From positions 1,418,981 through 1,482,980 of the forward strand of contig NW_003314301.1 of assembly GCF_000143415.4 (NCBI RefSeq): a stretch of 64,000 bases of DNA, written 5' to 3'. The translations under genes and the position numbers were made by a program. Shown here one piece after another: positions 49,474 to 60,864 of the stretch. How positions within the stretch are numbered: position 1 is the stretch's first letter; each line of letters opens with the position of its first letter. The DNA is from Selaginella moellendorffii (taxonomy: Eukaryota > Plantae > Lycopodiophyta). The notes beneath the pieces are model-generated. The model made no database searches. It saw only the letters and a program-made list of their open reading frames with translations, and was not told the origin of the DNA.

Positions 49474-52400
49474 CTAAAATGAAATGCGTCAGCATAAAAA
49501 ATGGTACAAGTCAATTTTACCATCTACAATATTAGCGAATGGTGCACTCGATGGTCGTTGAGAGGGTTTTGGTCGAGGAAACGTGAAGGGCGGAAATACT
49601 CTCCTCTACAATGTGGGGTTAATCGCATCCGATGGCGTGTGGGCACATGCCATTTCAGCTGTAGACTCTAGTACAACTAGCTCAACAGTGGCATGGGGTG
49701 GTTCCGATGGCGTGTGATCACACGCCATTTCAGCTGGTGCCTCCGTTGGCAAAGTGGACATGACCGAACAGGCAGCAGGGGCGGTGTAGGGAGGTTCCAA
49801 CGGCGCGTAGTCAGATGATTGGGCACACGTTGAGTCCGTTGGAAATGAGGATACGACCGGCTCGGCGGCTGGGGCGGCCTCATGCGGGTCCAATGGCGCC
49901 TGGTCACCGTCAGTTGGATACGTGGACAAGATTGACTCAGTGGTATGGGCAGCATCAAGTGGAGCGTGGTCAGCTTGCTTGGCATTGATATGGATAGTAG
50001 CCTCCACCAGCTCTGATGACTCTTGCAGGCAAGTAGAGTCCACTGGCGGATCCATATGCATGTCCAAATATCTCCCTTTGATTGAGATGGTATCCTCCCT
50101 ACTGGCTACTAAAAACAAACTCATTAGCACATTGAATCGACTATACTATATTTACCATCAACTGTTATTGAGGAACTAGAATCGATATCACTTGGGCGCA
50201 CTGCTGATTCTGAAGGATTGGACATACATTTCGACCCTTGCTTGGCACTATCCTTCCTCGACACTAAAGGCTAGAGTTTGTATCTTAATTCAACTGAATA
50301 ATCTCTACTTACCATTTGCTCTGCGACCTACATGGACAATGTTAGAAATGGTAAAAGGTTAGGAATGGATGTACTATTATTTACCTGATGGTTTGTCTTG
50401 TATGACCTTCCTCCGTTGCTCTTTGGCCACCTCAGGCTGGCCATCGTCGTCATCATCATTGTCGTCGTTATTGTGATCGTCACCATTGTGAGGACCATCC
50501 AAGTCCTCTTCGTCCTCCTCTTCTTTGTCCTCCTCTTAGTCCTTCTGCTCTTCCTGCTCATTATCTTTCTCTGGCTCCTCATCCCCCTCCTGCATTTCTT
50601 CCATAGGCTACTCAGGCTGGATGGCTTGTTCTTCCAGGACCATCTTGGGAAAATCATCTGGCCGAGTCTCCATCTCAAAATACAAGACATCCATAGCCTA
50701 TTTTAGTGCGTGACCTAGGACCGTATCCTCACCCGACTGTTTTAACATGGTTTCTGCACGTTCTTGCACCCTTCGAAGACGACAAGATGAGAAAAACATG
50801 GCCCTGACTTGAAAAGCATCCCTCATCCATTGTACCTCTCCATTGAGATTGGGGAAGGGGAGTCTGCCATAGGAATCTGAGTCAGGAGGTGGTGACTAGC
50901 TGCTTTCGCACACACGCCATAACTGCGAGGCATTACCTATCATCTTTTCGTTGCCCTTCTTCCTTTTCGAATCAAACGCCTCTGATCCCGACAACTGTCC
51001 AACATGCTTTTGCTTTTTATAACCACTGTCAGTTTGAGTTTGGCTGGTGCTTGCCTGTTTTGCCTTTGAAGAAGTGTCTCCTGCAAGGAATGGCATGAGA
51101 GCACACGCCATTGCAAATATAATTTGTACCTCCTTTTTTCCTATTGCTTGTTTGTTTGTCCTTCTTCGACACGCCACCAGTGCGCTTTTCAGTCCTCGTG
51201 TCTGAATATTCACAACGATCTATAATCAAAATGGCGTGAGGCCTCACGTGACCTTACCTTGTGCAGGTTGTGAGCTCGGCCCAACATGGGTATCTTCAAC
51301 AGTAGCTGTTAACGCCGTTTCAGCATCTGGGGGTGGCCACGCTCCTGCATACAAAGCTTGTGAGATAACATTTAAACTTAAAGTGCGTACTCACCAGGCT
51401 TGCAGAGAAGATATTGTTTTTCTTTGGCAACTGTAATTATATGCTCCATTGAAGTCACCTCTTCAATGGAGTTTGTCACCGCAACACACGGGACACCCTT
51501 GAGTAGTGCGGCTCGAAAGAATAGTCCGCCGCAGTTGTACTCGACAACGCATTTGCCCTTGGAGTCGGAAGCAGGTGACCCACCCGCTATTGCGTTGAAG
51601 ACCCAGCTGAGCATTTCCCATGCTGCACCTGGAGTTTTCTCTGGATTCGAAAGCTCCATAGCCGTCTTCAGTTCCTCAGGCACGGGTAAATTGACCTCCC
51701 TCAGATCAATTCGATCGGCCTTGTCGAACGAAGCTGGGAAGTCACTCCAGTCCCACTCTGCTGCAGGACCAATAACAAGGGCGAGTGTGAAGATGCGGAC
51801 ATTCGTCGGTATCTTCTTCTTAGCCATTATCCCATGGATCTCCTACATCTCCTTGCCTTTCAACCGAGCCTTCACCTTATTCAAGGCCTTCCAGAACTTG
51901 TGATAGGATTCGGAGTCATAGATCATATAGTGGACTGAAGATTCCACCTCCGCAAGTCCCACCATTAAGTCAATGATGGAGTTGACTTCGTCTGCATGAG
52001 TGATCTCCTCGTTTGTGAAGTCCATCACACAAAAGATGTTCTTGACCTGCTCATCTCCGCGGGAAACGATGCTCCTCCACATTTGATCCTCATCCGAATT
52101 CACATATATCCGGTAAGGTTCTCGATAGGCCTCTGCTGCGGGGTCGAGCTGTTTCTGAAGCCGGCGATCGACATCCCTCTTAATGAAATTTGGATACTGA
52201 TCCAACTTCTCAGCTTTACTTTTCGTGGCATCCCGCAGCAGATCGATGAACTTGGGGGCCCCCTTCACGTACTCGTCGATGTCTTCATTTGACAACTCCA
52301 GCTCTTCCATCATCTCTTGCGTGGTGTCGATGCTCACCCTCTCCACGGCCACTTGCTCGAAGATCCAATCCTTCAATAGCGCACGAGCTCTTAGAGTCGT

Positions 52401-53960
52401 GCACAAGTCCTCGTATGTCACAATATGGCCGGGAGTCATTTTGGTCTTGTTGAAGACTACCTCACCACGTAGAAGAGCATTCGCCACTGTCAGAAGGTCA
52501 TCGTCGTCTAGAGACCGCGAGAAACACAAGGCGTTGAGCTTCAAATCATTGGGCTTCCGGCCATCCTCCACACCCATTGAGTTTAGCAACTCCCCGTCAT
52601 GGTACCTCCTCAGCACATCTACCCATTTGTCAAAAACAACTTTTGTCGCGAGTAGAATGTTATGGATGCTGAGTGTGTCATTGACCCCCAGTGTTTTCGA
52701 GAGAAGACTCGAGAATTCCTGCAATGGAAATGGCGTGAGGCCACATGCTATGCCACATGCAACGAGGCTTACCTGCCAGGCGCTAGTTGCTAGTGCACGT
52801 CCATGTCCTGGTTTTTGTGGCTTCTTCAGTTGAACCCAGAGCTTCCGTGTTCGTGCCAATGTCTCGTGCAGACCTGATTTGTAGCACGTTTCTTGCTTGA
52901 CATTCTGCGCGTGGGAGATGGATATGATAGATCGGAGGGGCGAGTTGCCTTTTATCAGGCGGACAACTCTTGTCTTGAAGACTTTCTTCACCTCCTCGCC
53001 CACCATAATATCCATAACTATCTCTTGCATCGTCAAGCTAGAATGCTGCCCGGAGACAACATAGAACCGGATGTTCTGATCGTCCAACACCTTCCTATTG
53101 ATCAAGTCTGGAAACCTTGTCTCACCCTTCATTGTTCGGTAGTAGGGGATCACGTCTGCGATGTCGGGTGTTACTGGACTTGCCAGCATCTTCTGCTTCA
53201 GTTTCTCCACCCACTCATCAGATACTAGCCTGTGGTTGTATTTGCTTTGGATGTCGATACGGCTCACATCGATTGTATATACTTTGTTGGAATAGTAACA
53301 AGTACTATTATCTGCGACGATTTTTGCTGCCTCTTCTTGCTCTTTCTGCTCTTTGCGGCTCTTCTTTTTGGTGGGTGTAGTGTTCGAACCCGAGGCAATG
53401 GCATCACCGAGTAGCTTCTTTTTTGGACCAGGAGAGTCGGACGTCGGCTTGAGCTTGACCACCCTTTTCTGCTTCGGGGTAGTTTCCAGATTGACCCCCT
53501 TCCCCTTCGCTTCGCAAACTGGAGGCACTCTCAACGGCTCAATGTTGGAATATAGTTTTTGAACATCGCCGTAGGTGAGGTCCGTGGATTCCATGTGATC
53601 TTTATAGACCCGCAATGTCTTTGGAATTGTAGGCCTCCTAGACAACCTCTCCCTAGCTCCCTCTAGGAATTCCTCATAGCCGCTGCCCCCCTCTGGGAAG
53701 CCGCTAGGATGTGCAAGGTGGATCTTGAAGGTGGACGCTGTCTCTACCACAAGTGCCAGTCCATATTCTTGCATGGAACTGCATGGAGTGTCTGTCACTT
53801 GGATGAGGATCCCCATGCATTCTTTTCTCCCACCATCTGTGTTGTACAGCCTCAGATTCTTGCCTTCCATCCGAAAGTCCAACTAGTGAGCTCCTCCCCC
53901 TTCTCTGCATCCACATTGACAGTGGCTGGAAGAAGAACGCAATTCCTCGCCTGTTCAGAA
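49474..53960 (-). pseudogene. Large multi-exon cargo gene: ParB/Srx-like domain, degenerate methyltransferase-like domain, acidic and low-complexity exons, probably spliced to the FCP1-like exon
   Basis: IDVSRI...NHRLVSDEWVEKLK...RFYVVSGQHS. In-frame 54-nt intron 52719-52772. In-frame TAG at 51843-51845. KCVVEYNCGGLFFRAALLKGVPCVAV. A chain of short GT-AG introns near 51357-51394, 51221-51258, 51081-51129 and 50882-50936. Confidence 0.6.
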
Positions 53961-55782
53961 ATGCACAACAATTAGAGCTGACAGATGAAAAGCTAGCAGC
54001 TGGAAATAACGTGAGGCCACACGCCATTCACCACTGCATCAGATGTCTTGAGGCTGCATCCTAAGATGGCGTGAGGCTACACGCCATCTGTAACCGGACT
54101 GCACTCGAGAGCCCAATCGGTGCATGCCAATGTTGCTACTGAATGGCATGTGGCCTCATGCCATTTTCTACTTGGCCTAAAAGACTTACCATTTGAAGCC
54201 GAATGGAGGCGTGACAATCGAGGCCAGACTCGCTGGCGAATGTGCACTGTGTGTGCAGCGGATTGTAGCAGCAAGGCTACTCTGCCACTTACAGTTGGAG
54301 AGTGGCGCTGAAATCTCCCAGGACGCCAAGTGGGCTGCGTGTGGGTGGCGGAGTGGGCGGTGGAGTTGGCGGCAAAGTTACAAACTGGGTGTGTCTTGAA
54401 GTGGACCCCGATGCACACGAGTGCGATGCGAGGGCGAGTGTGATGCAAGCGCGAGTGGACGCCGATGCACATGAGAAACCTGTAGAGAAGGTAGATGAGC
54501 GCGAATATGAGCGTGATTGCGAGTGGGAGCGCGATGCGAGCGCGAGTGTGCGAGCGCGAGCGCGAGTATGAAGCAAAATGCAAAACATAACCTCACACGC
54601 GCGAAATGTCAGGACGGTTGGTAATCCCGCAACGTCATCATTCCTCGGACTTGGGCACCACCATTAATTTCTGGATTGCCGCGCGCATGCAAGCACGCAA
54701 AATCCAAAAGAAATCCGCAATGTCATCATTCCTCGGACTGCATGCACGCGAAATCCAAAAGAAAGATCATGATTGGGATATCATTTAATACCCTCGCTAT
54801 ATTTATACCATGCATGATTGGATATTCCAAAGCATCTTGTATTTCCAAAAATGGCAGATGTTCAGCTAAATAAAGAAATTCTATCTGTTTCTATTTTTCT
54901 CTCAAATCAATATTATAGCGTGTGGGCTCATGCAATTTTGAACCAAAGAAACCCAAAAAACGTTGGACCCAAAATATTTTGAAAAAACCCAAAAAACCCT
55001 AAACATTTTAAACCCAAAAATCCAGGCGTCCTGTGGCGTTATTCCTTGAATGGCGTGTGGGCGCATGCCATTTTCAGGGGCAAATGCTGAATGGAGAAAA
55101 ATTCCCTTTCAGTGCAAATGCTGCAAGAGGCAGATGCCGAGCACAAAGGACTGTAACTACCTCACATGACATAGATAAACTTTTCTTTATTTGGCAAAGA
55201 TAAACTTTATAGCGTGTGGGCTCATGCAATTTTGAACCCAAAAAATGCACCAAAAAAATCTCGGCGTCATCTGGCGTTATCTCTTGAATGGCGTGGGGCC
55301 GCATGCCATTTTCAGGGGCACATAGGAGTATATTCCTAGGATATTTTGACACGCGCGAGATTTTTTTGAGTTTTCTGGAGATCCAACCGTTAGATCACAA
55401 CTAGATTTTACAGAATGGTATACAATGCCCTTCTTGATGACCCTGCAGAGAAGCATCTCAATCGGACACCACATGAGACCACACGAGCCTTACAATGTTT
55501 CAGGGGCATTTGCCATACATCCGACCGTTATTTTGCTCCAAGATTTTACAGTTTGGTGTGCATTGACCTTTCCATTGACACTGCAAAGGGACACCACAAT
55601 CAAATGCGGGATCACAAGAAACCAACTTCACTAACTCTGGTTTCACCAAGATCTACGTAAGGAGTTATGAAATGAAAGGACCCTCTCTATTGAAATGTGT
55701 TTATGGTCCTAGGGGCATTGTGATATATCAAAGGATTTTGCATCAAGTTCTGTATTTGCATGTTTATCAAGCTACTGAATTG

Positions 55783-55809
55783 CTAAACCCTAAACCCTAA
55801 ACCCTAAAC
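55783..55809. repeat. Short plant telomeric repeat / telo-box run (CCCTAAA)n
   Basis: ctaaaccctaaaccctaaaccctaaac. Confidence 0.85.
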
Positions 55810-57091
55810 ATGTGGCAAATGCTGCGTGAAGAAAGATGCGGGCAAATGCTGTAAGAGGCAGATGCCGAGCAGATGTATCTCAGGCTAGCGAAGGGGACAA
55901 ACGAAAGCTAGCTATAAACATGACGGGATGCAAATAGATTACTAGGCTGGTCCTGCGAAAATCAAAAACCATAATTGAAAATATTGAAAATGCAAAAAGA
56001 AAGGTTTATAATATTTTTGAATTTTAAGCAACCAAAGGAATGTAAGTAGGGCATGTGTTTGTAAGTTTAAAAATGCCTCCTTAAATTCCCAAGTAAATAA
56101 AGCTGTTTCTATTTTTGGTACAGGTAAACTTTATAGCGTGTGGGCTCATGCAATTTTGAACCCAAAAATGCACCAAAAAATGCTCGACTAGCATTATTCT
56201 TTGAATGGCGTGTGGCCTTATATTGCCATAAATGGACGTACACACACAGCATAATTATTCCTTTACACGGCGAATAATCTTGGCGCGGATCGCTGACATG
56301 GCATGGCAAAGTTCGAATCACTGACATGGCACAGCTGGATCGAGGCAAGGACATGATGTGACAAAGTTCAACCTCCGACAGCAAAGTCTAGAAGCTACTC
56401 AATTTGAAATTTGTCAGAGGAATCATAAGATCTGGTTTGTCAGAGGATTTGATGTGACGTTCAAGCGTGTGTTATTTTTGAATTCTCGAACTCATTCCTA
56501 GGTCTATCATTTTTGTGCGCCATGTTCTTGGTTCCGCTGAGCGCAGTGAGCACTGCTTGTGTAAGCGGCGTTGTGAGTTGTGGTTTATGCGTCTACGAGC
56601 GGTTGCGGCATTGCGAGTGCCATTGCGAGCGGCAGTTTATGCGAGTGGCAGTTTGTGCGAGCGGCGCTACGAGCAGTTGCGGTGTTGCGAGCGGCACTAC
56701 GAGTAGTTGCGGTGTTGTGAGCAACACTGTCTTTGGTGTGGCTACCGTTTCCTCTTGATATTCGGCACTTGTGCTTCCTGGTATGTTCACCATGGAATGG
56801 CTTAGGACCACATTTAGAAATGGCATGAGGCCACATGCCATCTTGGGCCCTTGCAATTTCATGGCTAGCGTATTGTCATGTATGTTTTTACTTGCCTGCA
56901 GCTGTGTGTATATCAAGATGGCATGAGGCCTCATGCCAATTTTGTGAATGCGAAATTTCACGTGGGTGTCAATAGCATGTTTGAATAATGGCATGTGGCC
57001 TCATGCTATTGAGGTTGTTTGGTATGTTATGATTTAGGCCATTCTCCAATCATTTTTTGTATGGTCTTAACTTCTTTTCTACACTTTCAGA

Positions 57092-59988
57092 ATGGCCTCC
57101 GCAAGTGCGACGCATGTTCCCTCCGTGGATCTTAAGAACCGTGCTACATGGATTCAGGCAAAGGTGTTTCTAAACAACCCCGAGGGGGAGGTGGTAGCTG
57201 AGGGCTTAGCCACAGTTGTCAATCCAAGAGATGCGGTTGCTAATCAAGAATTGGGCTGGGATGATATTGGAGTTGCGATTTTAGAGGTTGTTGACACAGA
57301 AGAAAATAGTCTGACTATTGGAAGCATTGTGCGGTGGAAATTGAGGCACTTACTGTTTTAGAATGTGAAGGATTCACAATCAAACACCACTACAACTGAT
57401 GACAGAACATCTCTTCATGGGAAAAGAAAGTACATCTTCCTAAAGCGCAGCCAAAGGGATCTGAGCAACGAACCGAAAATGCAGAAAATGGCGATGGAGG
57501 TTCGAATGGTCTCGACAATTGCTTGTTGCAAGAGGAGGTGCTGTCAACATGCTGATTGGGATGCTATTGAAGAGGAGAGAGCAAGATACAAGACATTGTC
57601 CTGGAAGGCAGCTCGCAATTTTGTGTATGAGGCATTACGGTCATCTGTTGATGCTTCAAAACATCAGGTGGGGGGCATGGTCTTCCAAAGGGGTTTTGTC
57701 TGCATGAAGGCATGGAGAATCATTTATGGAGTCCCTCGAACCACATTCTACAGAATCAAAACTGAGTTCGAGGAACAAAGGGTTCAACAGGCAGTCCATG
57801 GGAACGACGGTACTCACAAAACCAGGGGTCATGTTGTATATGGAGAGGCAATCTTCAAGAGGTTTGTCAAGACATGTAGCGAGTAACAACCACATAAAAC
57901 CCGCCTCTTGGAAGATGGAACTCGAGACACCCAACGAGTTCTCCCTTCCATGTATACCAAGAGGGCCATATTGGAAGATGTGAATCGGGAACTCCAGAGT
58001 AATGGCTACAGGAAGCTGAGCCAATCTAGATTTAGTAGATTGTGGAGCAACAGGTTCAGGGATGTGAGTATAGGAAAGTACTCCAGCTTTTCAAAGTGTG
58101 ACGAGTGCACTGCTATCAAAATGGCTTTGTCGAAGAATTCTTGCATCGCTCAAGAGCGAGAGACGTTGGTTAGAAGGCGGCTCGACCACAACATCGAGCA
58201 AAGAAGCTGCAGGACTGCATATTATCATAACAGGATTCTCTCCATGGAGAGACCTGACTCTTACCTCTGCATCATCCACGACAAAATGGACCAGAAAAAG
58301 ACATGCTTACCTCGACTCAATCCTGCCCCCAAGGCAATCTCTTCATCCATGTAGCTGCCTGTGTCTCTGTTTGGCATAATCGCTCATGGGCATGGTGCCC
58401 AGAACTATGGGAACTTCTTTGTACCTCTATGGGGTGGCGGGGGTGCAAACATGATGATTGCGTCCCTAGCAAAACACTTAAGGTCTCTACAAAGTGCGCA
58501 GACTGAGCTGAACGGCCAACCCTTGCATAAGGCCCTTGTCGATCGAACCCCATACAGGGTTCAGCTGGAGGAGGAGCAAAGGCTTGCAGTATCGTGTGGG
58601 GCCCCATGCCATCCCAGTGAATATGTTGGCCGTTAGATTGTAAGGTTATCACGTGAGGCCTCATGCCATTCCGACGAGGCTGGTCGCCCGGTGAATGCAC
58701 AGCCTCATCCAAACGAAGCAGAATCTCAAGGAAGTTCTTGCGGCCGATGTGGCCTTCCACCCCATCTTCTGCTCCAAACAGACAATGCTGGCAGTGAGAA
58801 CAAAAACATGTACGTCTTCGCGTACTTGGCGATGCTTGTTGCCAAAGGCATATTTGAAACGGTTACACTTGGCTTTCTCATGGTTGGGCACACTCATGAA
58901 GACGTCGATGCCATGTTCAGTCACCTGGTAGAGTCCCTCCGGCGATCCAATGTCCTCACCCTCCCACAACTCTACGATGAATTCCAAAATTGCATCAAAT
59001 GCACTATTGAAGCTGCACTTCTGACAGAGGTTCCAGACTTTAAGGGGTTTGTAAGAGGCTACATTAGGGACGGATCCGAAACGCTGATTGGCCACTCCAA
59101 GCCTCTTCAGTTTCATTTCAGCATGCGTGACGGTGCTCCAGTGATGAGGTACAAGATGAGAGAATGGGACACAGTGTGGCTGGCAGTGGACGGCATTGAA
59201 CTCTTCAAGAGAGATCCCATAACTAGGGAACTTATGATTCCTCGGGTTCCCCACGGCCGATGCACCCGGATGGACTCAAAGACCAGGAAAGTATAGTAGC
59301 CGGGATTAGACAGCATATTGCCTTCTGGAAGAGGGGGTTGGTGTTTGGTGGAGAATCCTATTTTCAGAGGTGCAAGCCTTTGCTCGAATACTGGGAGAAG
59401 ATTATATCTGCTATCCAAAATGGGCCGGTTGTATATGAAGAATTGGAAGAGTCCTTTTGGCCAGAACCCAGAGCACCAGATAGTAGCGGAACAATGTCCT
59501 CTGGAATGCAGTGACAGATAACGATGTTGAGGATCACTATTGTGGGCCGAGGAACAAGAAGCCGAATTCAGCATTCAATCCAGTACAGGTTTGCAAAGGA
59601 ATGGTAGTGCTTGTCAGACCCAGTAATAAAAAACAAATGATATGGGTGGGGCGCTGCATCACTGATGCAGAGGAGGACGCGGAAACTAACTCCTTCAATG
59701 TAACTGTGGAGTGGTTCAAGCCAAGTTCCGGATATACGAAGGATTGCCTAGAAAAGAGATGGGTGCTGAATCCAAGGGATCCCAGCATGAGCATATCGGT
59801 GGATAATGTTGTGCATGGTTGGATGTGGAAGCAGAGTGCCACCATCACCTTGCCAGACCATGCAAGAGATGCAGCAAGAGCATTCATAACCCGGGTTCAA
59901 GGTGAGATTCATTAATATTCTTTTACTAAGTTTCTAATGTATTTTATTTCAAGGTGAACAATCCGAATCTGAATCAGAGGAGGCGTGA
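57092..59988 (+). pseudogene. Sola-like DDD transposase, spliced, with nonsense codons and frameshifts
   Basis: CCKRRCC, VCMKAWRIIYGV, SKCDEC, LCIIHDKMDQKKT..P, LLLQTDNAGSENKN and FLMVGHTHEDVDAMFS (acidic triad pattern of Sola-type enzymes); C-terminal beta-rich domain. Superfamily assignment is by motif memory. Confidence 0.75.
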
Positions 59989-60606
59989 TGGCATGTGGCC
60001 TTACGCCATTCCTAGGTGAGATGATACAAATAACAAGTATAAATTCTTAGTTGTTCTAGCAAATCTTACTTAAAGTTCAAGGTGAACAAGCCGAATATGA
60101 ATTCATCGGATTGTTATAACAAATTGCGAGGTGATGGCATGAGGCGATACGCCATTTGAGAGTGAGTGAAATATTTATTAGAAATACCTCATTCAATTGT
60201 GCACTTCTAAGTCTTGGTCCACTCAGTACTGTTTGCATGTTTCTATTTTAATTCTTTCTCTAAAATGTTATTTAGCATGTGGCTTCATGCCATTGCTCTC
60301 CACAATCATGCATTGAATTTTTCTATCCTTGCATAATACTTCTCCATATATATAGCATATGCGCACATGTGATATGGTTCATTAGGCCTGATATAGTGTG
60401 TGAGGTAAAACAAAGATGATGTGACATATGCATTTACCAATCACACGTGCATAAATCTAATAATATGGCGTGTGGCCCATATTAATGGCACATAAACCCA
60501 TATTGTGGGCTTACGTGCTTTATGTACCATCATTCCCTTGCAGCGTGTGTGTTGGTTTCCTTTTATAACACAACGAACTCCATATTTTAGGGTGAAGAGC
60601 ATTCTC

Positions 60607-60864
60607 ATGGCAAGTATAAAATCTGTAAGTGAGGCAGAAAAGGAGACGGAGAAGGAGATAGGTGACGATGTAGAATATATAAGTCTTCCAAACTCCCCGT
60701 ACTATACTCCAGGTGATCATTTTTCTGAACAAATGGCAACATTAACAACTATCGAGAACGCCCCAGTAACGTCAGAGACAACAATCCAAAGCAAAACAAC
60801 TGACCCGGAGAAGGATGATAGTACCGCTGAGAGTACCAAAAAGGAGGTGTCCACTAGCGCTTAG
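60607..60864 (+). CDS. Small acidic Ser/Thr-rich cargo protein (85 aa), 'SLPNSPYYTPG'
   Basis: Open ORF with a protein-level homolog at 44630-44890 in a different transposon. Confidence 0.65.
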   Translation: MASIKSVSEAEKETEKEIGDDVEYISLPNSPYYTPGDHFSEQMATLTTIENAPVTSETTIQSKTTDPEKDDSTAESTKKEVSTSA

